From NCBI GenBank assembly GCA_963740355.1, contig CAVUDW010000003.1, forward strand, positions 800,001 to 864,000: 64,000 nt of DNA, read 5' to 3'. Numbering within the stretch: the stretch's first letter is position 1; each line of letters starts with the position of its first letter. The position numbers and the translations under genes are program-made. The stretch is from an uncultured Gemmatimonadaceae bacterium (GTDB lineage: Bacteria; Gemmatimonadota; Gemmatimonadetes; Gemmatimonadales; Gemmatimonadaceae). Below, piece by piece: positions 1-9,227 of this stretch. The notes below the pieces were generated by a model that worked only from the letters and a program-made list of their open reading frames with translations, searched no databases and had not been told where the DNA came from.

Positions 1-720
1 CAGCACTTCGATGCGCTCGACTGCGCTCGAGGGGAAGGCGTTCAGGTCGACGCCGCTCGATCCCGGCGCCGAACCGTTGGAGAAGACATTCAGCAGCGCT
101 GTCGTGTGCCGCCGTTGCCCATTGATCAAGACCAGCGAGTGGTCCGGTGACAATCCGCGCAAGGTGAACGGGCGCACGATTTCCGTGGCGTCCGTGACAG
201 CCTGCTTGGGGAAGTTCACCGACGGCGAGAGGTTGGCGAGAATCTGCGTCGTCTCCGTCGATCCGGACCGCCGCAGTTCTTCCACGGTGTACACGTCAAC
301 CGGTACCGCCAGCTCTTCTGCGGCGGCGTGTCGGGCACGTGATCCGACCAGCGTGCGCACCGGTGCCAGCGTATACGCCGAGCGCTTCAACCGGACATCG
401 AGCTCGGTGACTCCTGTCGACGACACGTTCACCGAGAGAGACTCCGGTGCAAAGCCGAGTGCACGGACGCGAATCGTGCGGCGCCCAACCGGCAGTCCGG
501 GCAATGCGTATCGCCCACGCGATGTCGACGTCGTTCGAACGCCACTGCCATCAACCGTGAACTGCGCACCGACGATGACCGCACCGGTGCTGTCCGACAC
601 GCGCCCCTGCACTGTGCCCGTCTGCGCGGCGAGCGGTCTCGCCGTTGCCGCGAGGATGAGCACAACCGCTGCTCCCGCACCCAACATTCGACTGAAAGAC
701 GCTCGCATCCCTGCCCCCAT
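1..720 (-). CDS. TonB-dependent receptor, N-terminal part (runs off the window start)
   Basis: Not in the ORF track. Manual minus-strand translation gives a signal peptide (..ARPLAA/QTG), a CarboxypepD_reg-like domain and plug motifs LRGLSPDHSLVLING..VDLNAFPSSAVERIEVL. Start 720 or 708. Confidence 0.9.
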   Translation of the reverse strand, partial: MGAGMRASFSRMLGAGAAVVLILAATARPLAAQTGTVQGRVSDSTGAVIVGAQFTVDGSGVRTTSTSRGRYALPGLPVGRRTIRVRALGFAPESLSVNVSSTGVTELDVRLKRSAYTLAPVRTLVGSRARHAAAEELAVPVDVYTVEELRRSGSTETTQILANLSPSVNFPKQAVTDATEIVRPFTLRGLSPDHSLVLINGQRRHTTALLNVFSNGSAPGSSGVDLNAFPSSAVERIEVL

Positions 721-1055
721 GCTGTCCAGGTGAACGTGCCCTACATACGCGACTGCCAGCGTCGTACAGTCGCGACCTGCAAAAACCGACAGCACCTGAG
801 TGACGCGACCGACACACGTTGTGCCGCGCTGAGCAACTCGGTGGATGACATATCAACTGGAGGGTGACGTCATCATGGAGCGTTCTGGGCCATCGCGCAA
901 CCGTTACACGCGAGGTGACAGATGACTGATGAGTTTGCTAGCAATCGGCGCCGATTACTTCTCGCACCGTGCTCGCTATGTTGCGAAGCTGCGGGTACCC
1001 GGGCGACTTATTCGCTCCGCGAGACCATTTGATTTTGCGGTCCCAACATCGATTT

Positions 1056-2285
1056 CTACGCGCTTTGACGTTGCTCCGTCGAGCGCTCGCTGGCACTTGC
1101 ACTGCCGCCCGTTGGATCCTCGGGCTCCTCTCCGCCACTACCCACGCACTGACCGCGACCAGTACGCTTCGCCAGCAACAAGCGTTGATCGGCCAGCGTC
1201 ACCAGTGACTTCGGTGCGGGGGCCATGGCGTCGTCAGGGATGCCCGACACACCGGCGCTGAAGTTGAGCCGCACGATCTCGCCACGCCCGATCACGATCG
1301 AGGTCGCCGCCACTTCCTGCCGCAGCACCTCGATGCGAGCGAGCGCGATGGCGCAGGTGGTGCCGGGCATGAGCACGACGAACTCCTCGCCGCCGTACCG
1401 CGCCACGATGTCGGTGCGACGCATGGCTCCCGCCAGCAACTCCGCCACCTGTCGCAGCGCACGATCACCAACCTCGTGCCCATGCTCATCGTTGATGCGC
1501 TTGAAGTGATCGATGTCGATCAGGGCCAACGCCAGCGGGCGATTCTCGCGCGCCGCGACATCCAGCGCCGTCACCAACACCCGATCGAAATGCCCCCGGT
1601 TGAACAGGCCGGTGAGACGATCACGCGAGGCCAGATAAAGCAACTGCTGCGCACGCCGCACGATCGCGACCGATAGGATCGTGGCCACGCCGAGGAGGAG
1701 CATGCGCGTGGCGAGATCGACGATCGAGTACGGCCCAGCGGCGTTGATGTACGACGGATCGTGGAGATTGAACTTCGTCGCGGCGTACAACCAGAGGCTG
1801 CCGAATTCCGCGAGGGTCAGGGCGCCGATGACGATGCAGATCCTGGCGTCATAGCGCAGGCTGGTGGCCACGATCGCGAGGAAATACATCTCGAACGTGA
1901 CCGTCGAGTTGAGCGCGATCATCGGCGACGCGACAATCAGGAAGCTGAGCAGCGCGAGGCTGACCATCGACACGTCGAAGGCACTCGAGGCGAAGCTCAC
2001 CCAGGGGCGCCAGCGACCGCCACGCAGCATCCACCAGATCCCAACCGAGACACACGCGGCGACGACCGTGACCGTGAAGCCGGTGCGATGCATCGCCATC
2101 CACGGGTAGTGCAGCACGTTCCAGGTCGGTGCGATGAGCAGCAATGCCATCGCCACCATGCGAACGCGAGCCACGACGTATTCGCCCTCGACACCTGCCG
2201 CAGCGAGGGCAGCGTCTGGCTGCGCCCACAGCGAGGGTGCCTCAGCGTCTTCCGTCACGCTGTTGAGCGAATTCAAGATGGCCAT
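1056..2285 (-). CDS. Membrane-bound diguanylate cyclase (GGDEF domain)
   Basis: About 5-6 TM segments, then DRLTGLFNR, DIDHFKRIND, RxxD I-site (RRTD) and GGEEF. Start trimmed to ATG 2285 because the longer ORF overlaps the upstream gene. Confidence 0.9.
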   Translation of the reverse strand: MAILNSLNSVTEDAEAPSLWAQPDAALAAAGVEGEYVVARVRMVAMALLLIAPTWNVLHYPWMAMHRTGFTVTVVAACVSVGIWWMLRGGRWRPWVSFASSAFDVSMVSLALLSFLIVASPMIALNSTVTFEMYFLAIVATSLRYDARICIVIGALTLAEFGSLWLYAATKFNLHDPSYINAAGPYSIVDLATRMLLLGVATILSVAIVRRAQQLLYLASRDRLTGLFNRGHFDRVLVTALDVAARENRPLALALIDIDHFKRINDEHGHEVGDRALRQVAELLAGAMRRTDIVARYGGEEFVVLMPGTTCAIALARIEVLRQEVAATSIVIGRGEIVRLNFSAGVSGIPDDAMAPAPKSLVTLADQRLLLAKRTGRGQCVGSGGEEPEDPTGGSASASERSTEQRQSA

Positions 2286-2310
2286 GGACTGAGGGCGAGC
2301 GGAGGCGACC

Positions 2311-2372
2311 TGCGAGGGCTGGGCCGGGCGTGGCGTCAGGCCCCGGTTAAAACCTGACGCGCAACCCTCGCA
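2311..2372 (-). promoter_or_regulatory. Nested stem-loop in the 5' leader of the diguanylate cyclase (candidate cis-regulatory RNA)
   Basis: Minus strand: TGCGAGGGTTG...CAGCCCTCGCA outer stem enclosing GCGTCAGG...CCTGACGC inner stem. Confidence 0.4.
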
Positions 2373-2469
2373 ATAAACTACGCCGCCCACGGATCCCTGC
2401 GCTCGCGTGACCGACGCGTGACACGCGTTGCCGTACCGTGCGTGACATGCGGGCACGTCGAGCGCGTCG

Positions 2470-3939
2470 TCATCGTGCGGCCCCCGACGGGCAGAGCGGT
2501 GCGCCGGACGCCACCCATTCAGCCATCCGCACCTGCGGCAGGTCGCGACTGCGCCAGTCACCGAACCCTGCGCCTTCGTCGCTGGCGCGCTGGCGCCAAT
2601 GCCAGTGCATGCCGGCGAAGAGCGTGCTGCACTCGGATTGGCTGATCCGCGCCGCGGATTCACGCAGTGCGGGCAGCGCGTCGGCCGAGAGCCGGCTGTG
2701 ATACATCGCATCGAAGGCATGGCCGGCCTCGGCGCGAGCGACGTTGACTCGCACCACGATCGCCTCAGGGTTGGCGAGGTTGAGCAGCGCGACCCACACC
2801 ACTGTATTCAGCACCGTCACCGGCGCGAAGAACGATGCACGGCCACGCAGTGTGGTGGCCGCGAAGGTACAGATGGTCGCCAGGACCCACACGATGGCCG
2901 CGCTCGCAAGACTGCGATCGATCGTGAGGCCGAATTCGCTCACGTAGAGCCAGATCCGGGTCGCCGACGAGGCCAGGAGTGTAGCAACGAGTCCGAGCAA
3001 CGCGCCCGCCACCAGTCGGTAGTGGCGACGCTCGCGCGCATCGTCATCACTCATCAGCCACTCAGCCAGCACCAGCGTGCCGATCACCACGCCTGCGGCC
3101 AGGATCAACTGGAAGAATCCGTCTCGTGCATACGTCGCCACCGACAATCCTTCCGTCTCCCGCAGGAACGCCGCGCCACCGAACACGACGCGTGCCTGTG
3201 TGACCACGAAGAGCACCAGAAGCGCCAGGAGCGAGTAGAGCGCCACCGCCACGCTGAGAAACGAGAGGCCCGGTGTGCGAAGCTCGGGAAGCGACGCACC
3301 CATCGCGCTGCCGACACCGGCGCGCAACCATCCCGCCGCCAGCCACGCCAGCAGCAGCGCGATGACGACATGCGACAACCCATCGGCGAAGACCGTCGTC
3401 ATGATCTGGCTCATGACCCCTTCGAACACCTTGTCCGACGCCGCCAGCAGCGCAGTCACGATCAGCAGGGGAGGTGCGGCGAGCACCGCGCCGATGGTCA
3501 GCGCGCGTGCACTGCCTTTTCGTTGCGCGAGGGCCTCGCGTTCGCCGATCCCTTCCTCGAACACACGCGCCGCCCCGCCGATGGTGTTGAAGACGGCGAG
3601 AATGCCGACACGCGCCGACTCCACCATCGTAAGATCGGAAAGGCTTCTGCCTGTGCCATGCCAGATCGTGAGTGCGCCCATACAGATCACCGAGAGCATA
3701 TCGATGGCGTAGAGCATCGGCGAATCACGCCAGGCCAGCCCCATCGCGGCCAACGCCACACCACCGAGCATCAAGGTGCGCTCGGTATCGGGTCGAACAC
3801 CGAGCACGAACACCGAGGTCACGAGCCCGAACATCCAGAGCGCGAAGCCGAATCGCCACATGCCACCGCGCAACAACAGGTCACCGGACACGCCCACCAG
3901 CGTCGCGGCCGTCAGGATCCTCCACGCGCGAGTGTGCAT
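2470..3939 (-). CDS. DUF4173/DUF4153-family multipass membrane protein
   Basis: Polytopic, with family-like motifs LLAASDKVF, YARDGFFQL, RIWLYVSEFGLT, NPEAIVVRVN. Start overlaps the uppS stop. Confidence 0.75.
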   Translation of the reverse strand: MHTRAWRILTAATLVGVSGDLLLRGGMWRFGFALWMFGLVTSVFVLGVRPDTERTLMLGGVALAAMGLAWRDSPMLYAIDMLSVICMGALTIWHGTGRSLSDLTMVESARVGILAVFNTIGGAARVFEEGIGEREALAQRKGSARALTIGAVLAAPPLLIVTALLAASDKVFEGVMSQIMTTVFADGLSHVVIALLLAWLAAGWLRAGVGSAMGASLPELRTPGLSFLSVAVALYSLLALLVLFVVTQARVVFGGAAFLRETEGLSVATYARDGFFQLILAAGVVIGTLVLAEWLMSDDDARERRHYRLVAGALLGLVATLLASSATRIWLYVSEFGLTIDRSLASAAIVWVLATICTFAATTLRGRASFFAPVTVLNTVVWVALLNLANPEAIVVRVNVARAEAGHAFDAMYHSRLSADALPALRESAARISQSECSTLFAGMHWHWRQRASDEGAGFGDWRSRDLPQVRMAEWVASGAPLCPSGAAR

Positions 3940-4619
3940 CAGGCGCTCGCCCGGTGTGAGAGGCTGCCGAACCGACGATCGCGGCGGGCAAAGTCAGCGA
4001 ACACCTCGTCGAGGGTGGCGGGGGTGATGTCGGGCCAGAGCACGTCGATGAACGACAGTTCGGCGTACGCACATTCCCAGAGCAGGAAGTCAGAGAGCCG
4101 GCGTTCACCGCCGGTTCGCAGGAGCAGATCGACCGGCGGCAGCAACTCGGCGGCGTCGGCGGTGGCGGGTGCGGCGCCCGGCGTCGTGCCGGCGCGTGCG
4201 ATGGCATCACGACTCGAATAGTCGATGGCGACGCGGAGGTGCATCGCGCGACCATTGGCCGTGGCGGTTTCGGCATCGCGAATGGCGCTGCGCAGCGCGA
4301 TCGGCAGTCGCGTGCGGCGACCGATCACGGTGACACGAACGCCGGCGCGTGCGAGCGCAGCGGACTGCGACCGGAAGTGCGAGGTGAAGAGCGTGAGCAG
4401 CGTGTTCACCTCCGCTGTCGGTCGGCGCCAGTTGTCGCTGCTGAACGCATACAGCGTGAGTTGCTCGATGCCGGTGCGGGCGCAGTGTTCGACGACGTCG
4501 CGCATGGCGCGCGCGCCGGCGAGGTGTCCGATGGAGCGCCGGTGTCCGCGTTGTTCGGCCCAGCGTCCGTTGCCGTCCATGATGACGGCGAAGTGTTGTG
4601 GCAGAGCACTTTGTTTCAT
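3939..4619 (-). CDS. uppS: cis-prenyltransferase (undecaprenyl diphosphate synthase), short paralog type
   Basis: HFAVIMDGNGRWA, LYAFSSDNWRRP, DLLLRTGGERRLSDFLLWE, RRFG motifs. Start at ATG 4619 after a GGGAG RBS. Confidence 0.92.
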   Translation of the reverse strand: MKQSALPQHFAVIMDGNGRWAEQRGHRRSIGHLAGARAMRDVVEHCARTGIEQLTLYAFSSDNWRRPTAEVNTLLTLFTSHFRSQSAALARAGVRVTVIGRRTRLPIALRSAIRDAETATANGRAMHLRVAIDYSSRDAIARAGTTPGAAPATADAAELLPPVDLLLRTGGERRLSDFLLWECAYAELSFIDVLWPDITPATLDEVFADFARRDRRFGSLSHRASA

Positions 4620-4627
4620 AAAGTCTG
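4605..4627. promoter_or_regulatory. Putative operator, copy 2, overlapping the uppS start codon
   Basis: AGCACTTTG-TTTCA-TAAAGTCTG matches the palindrome at 5825-5847. Confidence 0.6.
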
Positions 4628-4756
4628 TCTCCCAAAAAAGGACGCCGGCGGGCGTCGCGTGAAAACCTGCAAAATTTCTGCCCTGACTTCCGCACCATCT
4701 CGTTCCCTGCACCGTCGATCGCACCTCGCCATCATCCGAGCGCGTATCGGCTGCGC

Positions 4757-5152
4757 TCAGCCCTTTTCTCCGACGCGGCGAATCAGCGCTTCCATGTGCG
4801 ACAGGTATCGCTCCAGCGCGTCCCGCCCCGTGGCCGTCAATCGATATTCCGTGCGCGGGATGCGCCCGTCGTAGCCCTTCGTGCAGGTGACGTAGTGCGC
4901 TTCTTCCAGCTTGCGCGCGTGCACCGAGAGGTTGCCGTCGGAGGTCTCGAGCAGCGCCTTCAACTCGTTGAACGTCAGCACCGCATGCACCGCGAGGGCA
5001 CTGACGATGGCGAGTCGGATGCGCTCATGAATGAGGCGATCGAGCGCCAGCGGCGAACTGACATCGCCGGCCACAGACGCGAGTGCCGTGGGAAGTTCAG
5101 CCGGTGGCGTCACGGCACCCTTCTTCGCGGCAGCCGAGGCGCGCTTAGCCAC
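4757..5152 (-). CDS. Winged-helix transcriptional regulator (ArsR/MarR-like, HTH_34 type)
   Basis: LDRLIHERIRLAIVSAL..FNELK..SDGNLSVHARKLEEA.Y..PRTEYRLT. GTG start overlaps the upstream stop. Confidence 0.85.
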   Translation of the reverse strand: MAKRASAAAKKGAVTPPAELPTALASVAGDVSSPLALDRLIHERIRLAIVSALAVHAVLTFNELKALLETSDGNLSVHARKLEEAHYVTCTKGYDGRIPRTEYRLTATGRDALERYLSHMEALIRRVGEKG

Positions 5153-5789
5153 CGTGCCTCCGTGCAATCCAGATCCCGAATGCGATTTGCCATGCGCCAA
5201 ACCCCAGGGCGAGCAGGACATTGCCTGAGATGCGTGTCGTGAGCAGCGCCAGCGTGCCCATCGCCATCAACCCCGCACCCATCATTGGCACGGCGCGCAC
5301 CGAGAAGGCACCGGCGGTGGTGACGGCTACGCCGTAGAGCAGCAACCAGAGGCCCGGCAGCACGCGCGGCACCGGTGCGGCGTCGAGCCACAGGCTGGCC
5401 GGGTCGACCAGCGCATAGGTCATCACCGCACCGGCCAGCATCGCGGGCCAGAAGCCGAAGAGGAATTTCCGCGCCGGCACACTCATCACGGGGGCGCCAG
5501 TGACGCGCACCCGACGGCGCATCTTCTGCCACATGGCCAGGCCACCGATGATGACGGCGAGGCAAGCTTCGGCCATCCAGACACCGAACCAGCGGCCGGC
5601 GCTGGGTTGCAGCGACGCGTAGCGAGCGGCCGCGATGGCAGTCAGGCCGATGCCCACCAGTCCCCAGCCTGGCACATCCGTAAAGGACGACGCTCCTTCC
5701 ATCGTGCGACGGATGAAGGACAGGTCCTGAATCGCACGGTCGTGCAGCGCCGGCGGATCGGACGGGGGTTGGCGTACCGGGGAGGCCAT
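5145..5789 (-). CDS. Conserved multipass membrane protein, first gene of the regulator-uppS operon
   Basis: RAIQDLSFIRRTME N-terminal motif followed by about 6-7 hydrophobic segments. Start trimmed to ATG 5789, just downstream of a promoter. Confidence 0.75.
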   Translation of the reverse strand: MASPVRQPPSDPPALHDRAIQDLSFIRRTMEGASSFTDVPGWGLVGIGLTAIAAARYASLQPSAGRWFGVWMAEACLAVIIGGLAMWQKMRRRVRVTGAPVMSVPARKFLFGFWPAMLAGAVMTYALVDPASLWLDAAPVPRVLPGLWLLLYGVAVTTAGAFSVRAVPMMGAGLMAMGTLALLTTRISGNVLLALGFGAWQIAFGIWIARRHGG

Positions 5790-5796
5790 GGGTGAA

Positions 5797-5847
5797 TGGA
5801 TACGCGATGGTTTCCGGGCTGTCAAGTACTTTGTGCTGCAAAGCACT
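5797..5847 (-). promoter_or_regulatory. Sigma70-like promoter with overlapping palindromic operator
   Basis: Minus strand TTGACA-N17-TATCCA, 7 nt before the ATG. Palindrome AGTACTTTG-N5-CAAAGCACT (5825-5847) abuts the -35 box. Confidence 0.6.
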
Positions 5848-6098
5848 GGGATCCCCGCCTGCAGCCTCGACGGTTGCATCCGAGGCCCGGGCTGATATAC
5901 CATCATGCGTCCGTCGCCTGCGAGAGCATGTCGTCGGAACAGCTGTCCGGTCACGGGACAGCTTCGCGCACCTTGGCCTGCACGAGTCGCCGACAGACTC
6001 GCGCACTGTCCCATCCAGATCCCCCGCCACTCCCACCGACTCGTCGCGGACACCGGGATCACAGGACGCGTTCATACTCCACCCAGGGAGAATTGGTC

Positions 6099-9000
6099 AT
6101 GCCTCAACACTGGCGCCACACGGTGGCGCTCGCGGTGCTGTTCGCGACCGCCGCTCCGCAATTGCGCGCCCAGCAAAGTGCTGGCGGTACCGTCGTCGTA
6201 CGCGTCACCGGCGCCGCCGACCAGCGGCCGATCGAGTCTGCCCGGGTCTTTCTCGTCGGTACCAACTTCGCGAGCCAGACGTCACCCGACGGGCGCGTGA
6301 CCTTCCGCGCCGTGCCGGCCAACAGCTACACGGTGCGAGTCCTGCGCGTCGGCTACGCCGAGCAGACGAAGCGCGTTGCCGTCGCCGTCGGAAGCACCAG
6401 CAACGTTGACGTGGCGATGAGCGCAGCCGCCGTGAACCTCGCCACCGTCGTCACCACGGCGACCGGTGAGCAGCGTCGCGTCGAAATTGGCAATGCGACG
6501 GCGAACATCGACGTCGCGAGCGTGGTCGAGTCATCGCCAGTGGGGAACCTGAACGACCTGCTCAACTCGCGGGCCCCTGGTGTCACCGTGACCAGTGGCA
6601 CGCAGACCGGGACGGGCGCCCGCATTCGTATTCGCGGCAGCAATTCAGTCAGCCTCTCGAATGAACCGATCTGGATCATCGATGGCATCCGCATGACAAG
6701 CACCAACGCCAACTTTTCCACCGCCACTGGCAATGGTGCGGGCGCGAACACGGGCGGCAACAACGCCAGCCGTATCGGCGACCTCAATCCCGACGAGATC
6801 GAGAGCATCGAGATCGTGAAGGGCCCGTCGGCCGCGACACTCTACGGCACCGACGCAGCCAACGGCGTCATCCTCGTGAAGACGAAGCGCGGTCGCGCCG
6901 GTGCAGCGCGCTGGTCGATCTATGGAGAAGCGGGATCCGTGCGGGATCGCAACAACTACCCCACCGCGTACAGTCTCTGGGGAAAGCGACCGGGCGAAAC
7001 CGTCTCGTCGCGCGCGTTCTGCAACCTGCAGCGCGTTGGCACCGGTGAGTGCATCGCCGACTCGACCAGTGCCCTCAACATCTTCAACGAAAAGGACCTC
7101 ACGCCGCTGGCCACGGGCAACCGTCGGCAGACGGGCCTGCAGGTCTCCGGTGGCAGCGAGGCGGTCCGGTACTTCGTCGCCGCGGAAGATGAGAATGAAA
7201 TCGGCGTCTTGTCGCTCCCACAATTCGAGCGCCAGCGCTTCGACTCGGCGGGAATCCCGCTGCGGAGTTGGGTGGACCGGCCGAACCAGATGAACCGCCG
7301 CTCCTTGCGGGCGAACGTGAATGCGACCGTGAGCCCGAAGCTGGAGCTCGCGTTCTCGAGCAACTTCATCAATATCGCGCAGCGCTATTCACTCGAGTCC
7401 AACTCGACCGCCGGCCTTGGTTCGCAGGTCTTCGGTGGACCCGGCACGCGCGCGAACGGCACCGTCGCCGGGCTGGGCACGCCACTGAACGGCTACCGCG
7501 CGTGGACACCAGGCTACTCGTGGCAGGAGCAGACGGCGCAAGACGTCAATCGATTCATCTGGTCCACGCAGGCGAACTGGCGTCCGTTCACATGGCTGAC
7601 CAACAATGCCACGGTCGGCAACGACTACTCCTCGATCAGTGACGACAACCTCCTGTATCGCGGTGAAGGGCCACCACTGACGGCCACGACGCGTCTTGGC
7701 TCGCGCGGCATCAACCGGAACAGCACCTACAACCTCACCTTCGACTTTGGATCGACGGCGCAGTACAAGCTGTTCGGGCTGAGCATGAAGTCGACCGCTG
7801 GCGCCCAGTACATTGGCTTCCGCGCCTCAATCGCGAGCACCGGATCCACCCAGTTGGCGCCGGCATCACAGAACGTCTCGTCGGGCACGTCGCCCGTCGT
7901 GAACGAATTCACCACGATCACGAAGACGTTCGGCGCCTTCTATGAACAGTCGATCTCGATCAACGATCGCCTCTTCCTGACCGCGGCCGTGCGTAGTGAT
8001 CAGAACTCGGCGTTCGGCACGAACTTCCAGAGCATCGTGTATCCGAAGGCGTCGGTGTCGTACCTGATCTCCGACGAAGAGTGGTTCAAGTCACCGGCGT
8101 GGCTGAATTCCCTCCGGCTCCGGTACGCGTACGGGCAGTCGGGCGTGCAGCCGGGACCGAACGACGCGCTGCTCTACTTCGGCGCCGGGACGACGAACAT
8201 TCAAGCGGCCGACCAGCCCACGCTGGTGCAGGCCGCCCTCGGCAATGCCAACCTGAAGCCCGAGCGTTCCGCCGAGAACGAGGCGGGCTTCGAGGCACAG
8301 ATGTTCGGCAGTCGGCTGAGCCTCGATGCCACGTACTACAGCAAGGTCACGAAGGACGCGTTGATCAGCGCGATCCTGCCTCCCTCGTACGGCTCCGTCG
8401 TCTCGCAGTTCCGCAACCTGGGTTCGGTGAAGAACTCCGGCTGGGAACTCGGCATCACGGCGCAACTGGTGAACAAGTCGTACTTCGGGTGGGACATGAA
8501 TGTGTCCGCATCCGGCAATGCCAATGTCGTGGCCTCACTTGGCGACACGCCTCCGCAGATCGGCACCACCAACCGGACTGTCGCCGGATACCCGATCGCG
8601 GGCTATTGGGCGGCACCGATCACAGGCTGGAAGGACAAGAACGGCGACGGCTTCCTCACGTACTTCGCCGACACGGCACGCAATGAAGTCTTCGTTGCCG
8701 ACTCGGTGGTCTTTCGCGGGTATGCGACGCCGCGATACAACACCACGATCACCAACGGATTCGAGTTCCTCAATCACAAGCTGCGGCTGACCTCCTTGTG
8801 GGACATCCGCAAGGGCAACTTGTGGTACAACAACACGGACCGGATTCGATGCACCCGTCCGAACTGCAGTGGGCGCAACAACCTGGACGCGGAGTTGGTC
8901 GACCAGGCGACCAACATCGCCGCCAACGAAGCGCCGCAACGCACGCTCGATGGCTTTCTGCAGGACGGTGGATTTGTGAGGCTTCGCGAGGCCTCACTGG

Positions 9001-9215
9001 AATACACCTTCTCGCCGGCGCTGGCCGCACGGCTGCTGAAGGCCCGCTCCCTCTCGGTGGTCCTTTCTGGCCGGAACCTGCGTCTCTGGACAAAATATCG
9101 CGGCGTTGATCCGGAGTCGGGCTTCAACACCACCAGCGGCACGGACGCTCCGTCAGAGTTCCAGACGATCGCACCGCCCAGCTACTTCATCTTCCGTTTC
9201 AACCTCGGCTACTAG
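6099..9215 (+). CDS. SusC/RagA-family TonB-dependent outer membrane protein
   Basis: Signal peptide, IRIRGSNS, EPIWIIDG, DLNPDEIESIEIVKGPSAATLYGTDAANGVI, GNANLKPE, aromatic C-terminus. GGGAG RBS before ATG 6099. Confidence 0.95.
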   Translation: MPQHWRHTVALAVLFATAAPQLRAQQSAGGTVVVRVTGAADQRPIESARVFLVGTNFASQTSPDGRVTFRAVPANSYTVRVLRVGYAEQTKRVAVAVGSTSNVDVAMSAAAVNLATVVTTATGEQRRVEIGNATANIDVASVVESSPVGNLNDLLNSRAPGVTVTSGTQTGTGARIRIRGSNSVSLSNEPIWIIDGIRMTSTNANFSTATGNGAGANTGGNNASRIGDLNPDEIESIEIVKGPSAATLYGTDAANGVILVKTKRGRAGAARWSIYGEAGSVRDRNNYPTAYSLWGKRPGETVSSRAFCNLQRVGTGECIADSTSALNIFNEKDLTPLATGNRRQTGLQVSGGSEAVRYFVAAEDENEIGVLSLPQFERQRFDSAGIPLRSWVDRPNQMNRRSLRANVNATVSPKLELAFSSNFINIAQRYSLESNSTAGLGSQVFGGPGTRANGTVAGLGTPLNGYRAWTPGYSWQEQTAQDVNRFIWSTQANWRPFTWLTNNATVGNDYSSISDDNLLYRGEGPPLTATTRLGSRGINRNSTYNLTFDFGSTAQYKLFGLSMKSTAGAQYIGFRASIASTGSTQLAPASQNVSSGTSPVVNEFTTITKTFGAFYEQSISINDRLFLTAAVRSDQNSAFGTNFQSIVYPKASVSYLISDEEWFKSPAWLNSLRLRYAYGQSGVQPGPNDALLYFGAGTTNIQAADQPTLVQAALGNANLKPERSAENEAGFEAQMFGSRLSLDATYYSKVTKDALISAILPPSYGSVVSQFRNLGSVKNSGWELGITAQLVNKSYFGWDMNVSASGNANVVASLGDTPPQIGTTNRTVAGYPIAGYWAAPITGWKDKNGDGFLTYFADTARNEVFVADSVVFRGYATPRYNTTITNGFEFLNHKLRLTSLWDIRKGNLWYNNTDRIRCTRPNCSGRNNLDAELVDQATNIAANEAPQRTLDGFLQDGGFVRLREASLEYTFSPALAARLLKARSLSVVLSGRNLRLWTKYRGVDPESGFNTTSGTDAPSEFQTIAPPSYFIFRFNLGY

Positions 9216-9227
9216 GAGCCACGACCC

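Noticed and set aside
926..960. CTGATGAG followed by a small stem (hammerhead-like) and the palindrome AATCGGCGCCGATT (943-956)
   Set aside because: The required GAAA after stem II is missing. The palindrome is single-copy, so no function can be supported.
721..1055. Riboswitch upstream of the TonB-dependent receptor
   Set aside because: No cobalamin, TPP or glycine consensus elements recognised on the minus strand.
2599..4221. 540-aa plus-strand ORF
   Set aside because: Antisense shadow of DUF4173 and uppS; Arg/His-rich with no motifs, typical of high-GC DNA.
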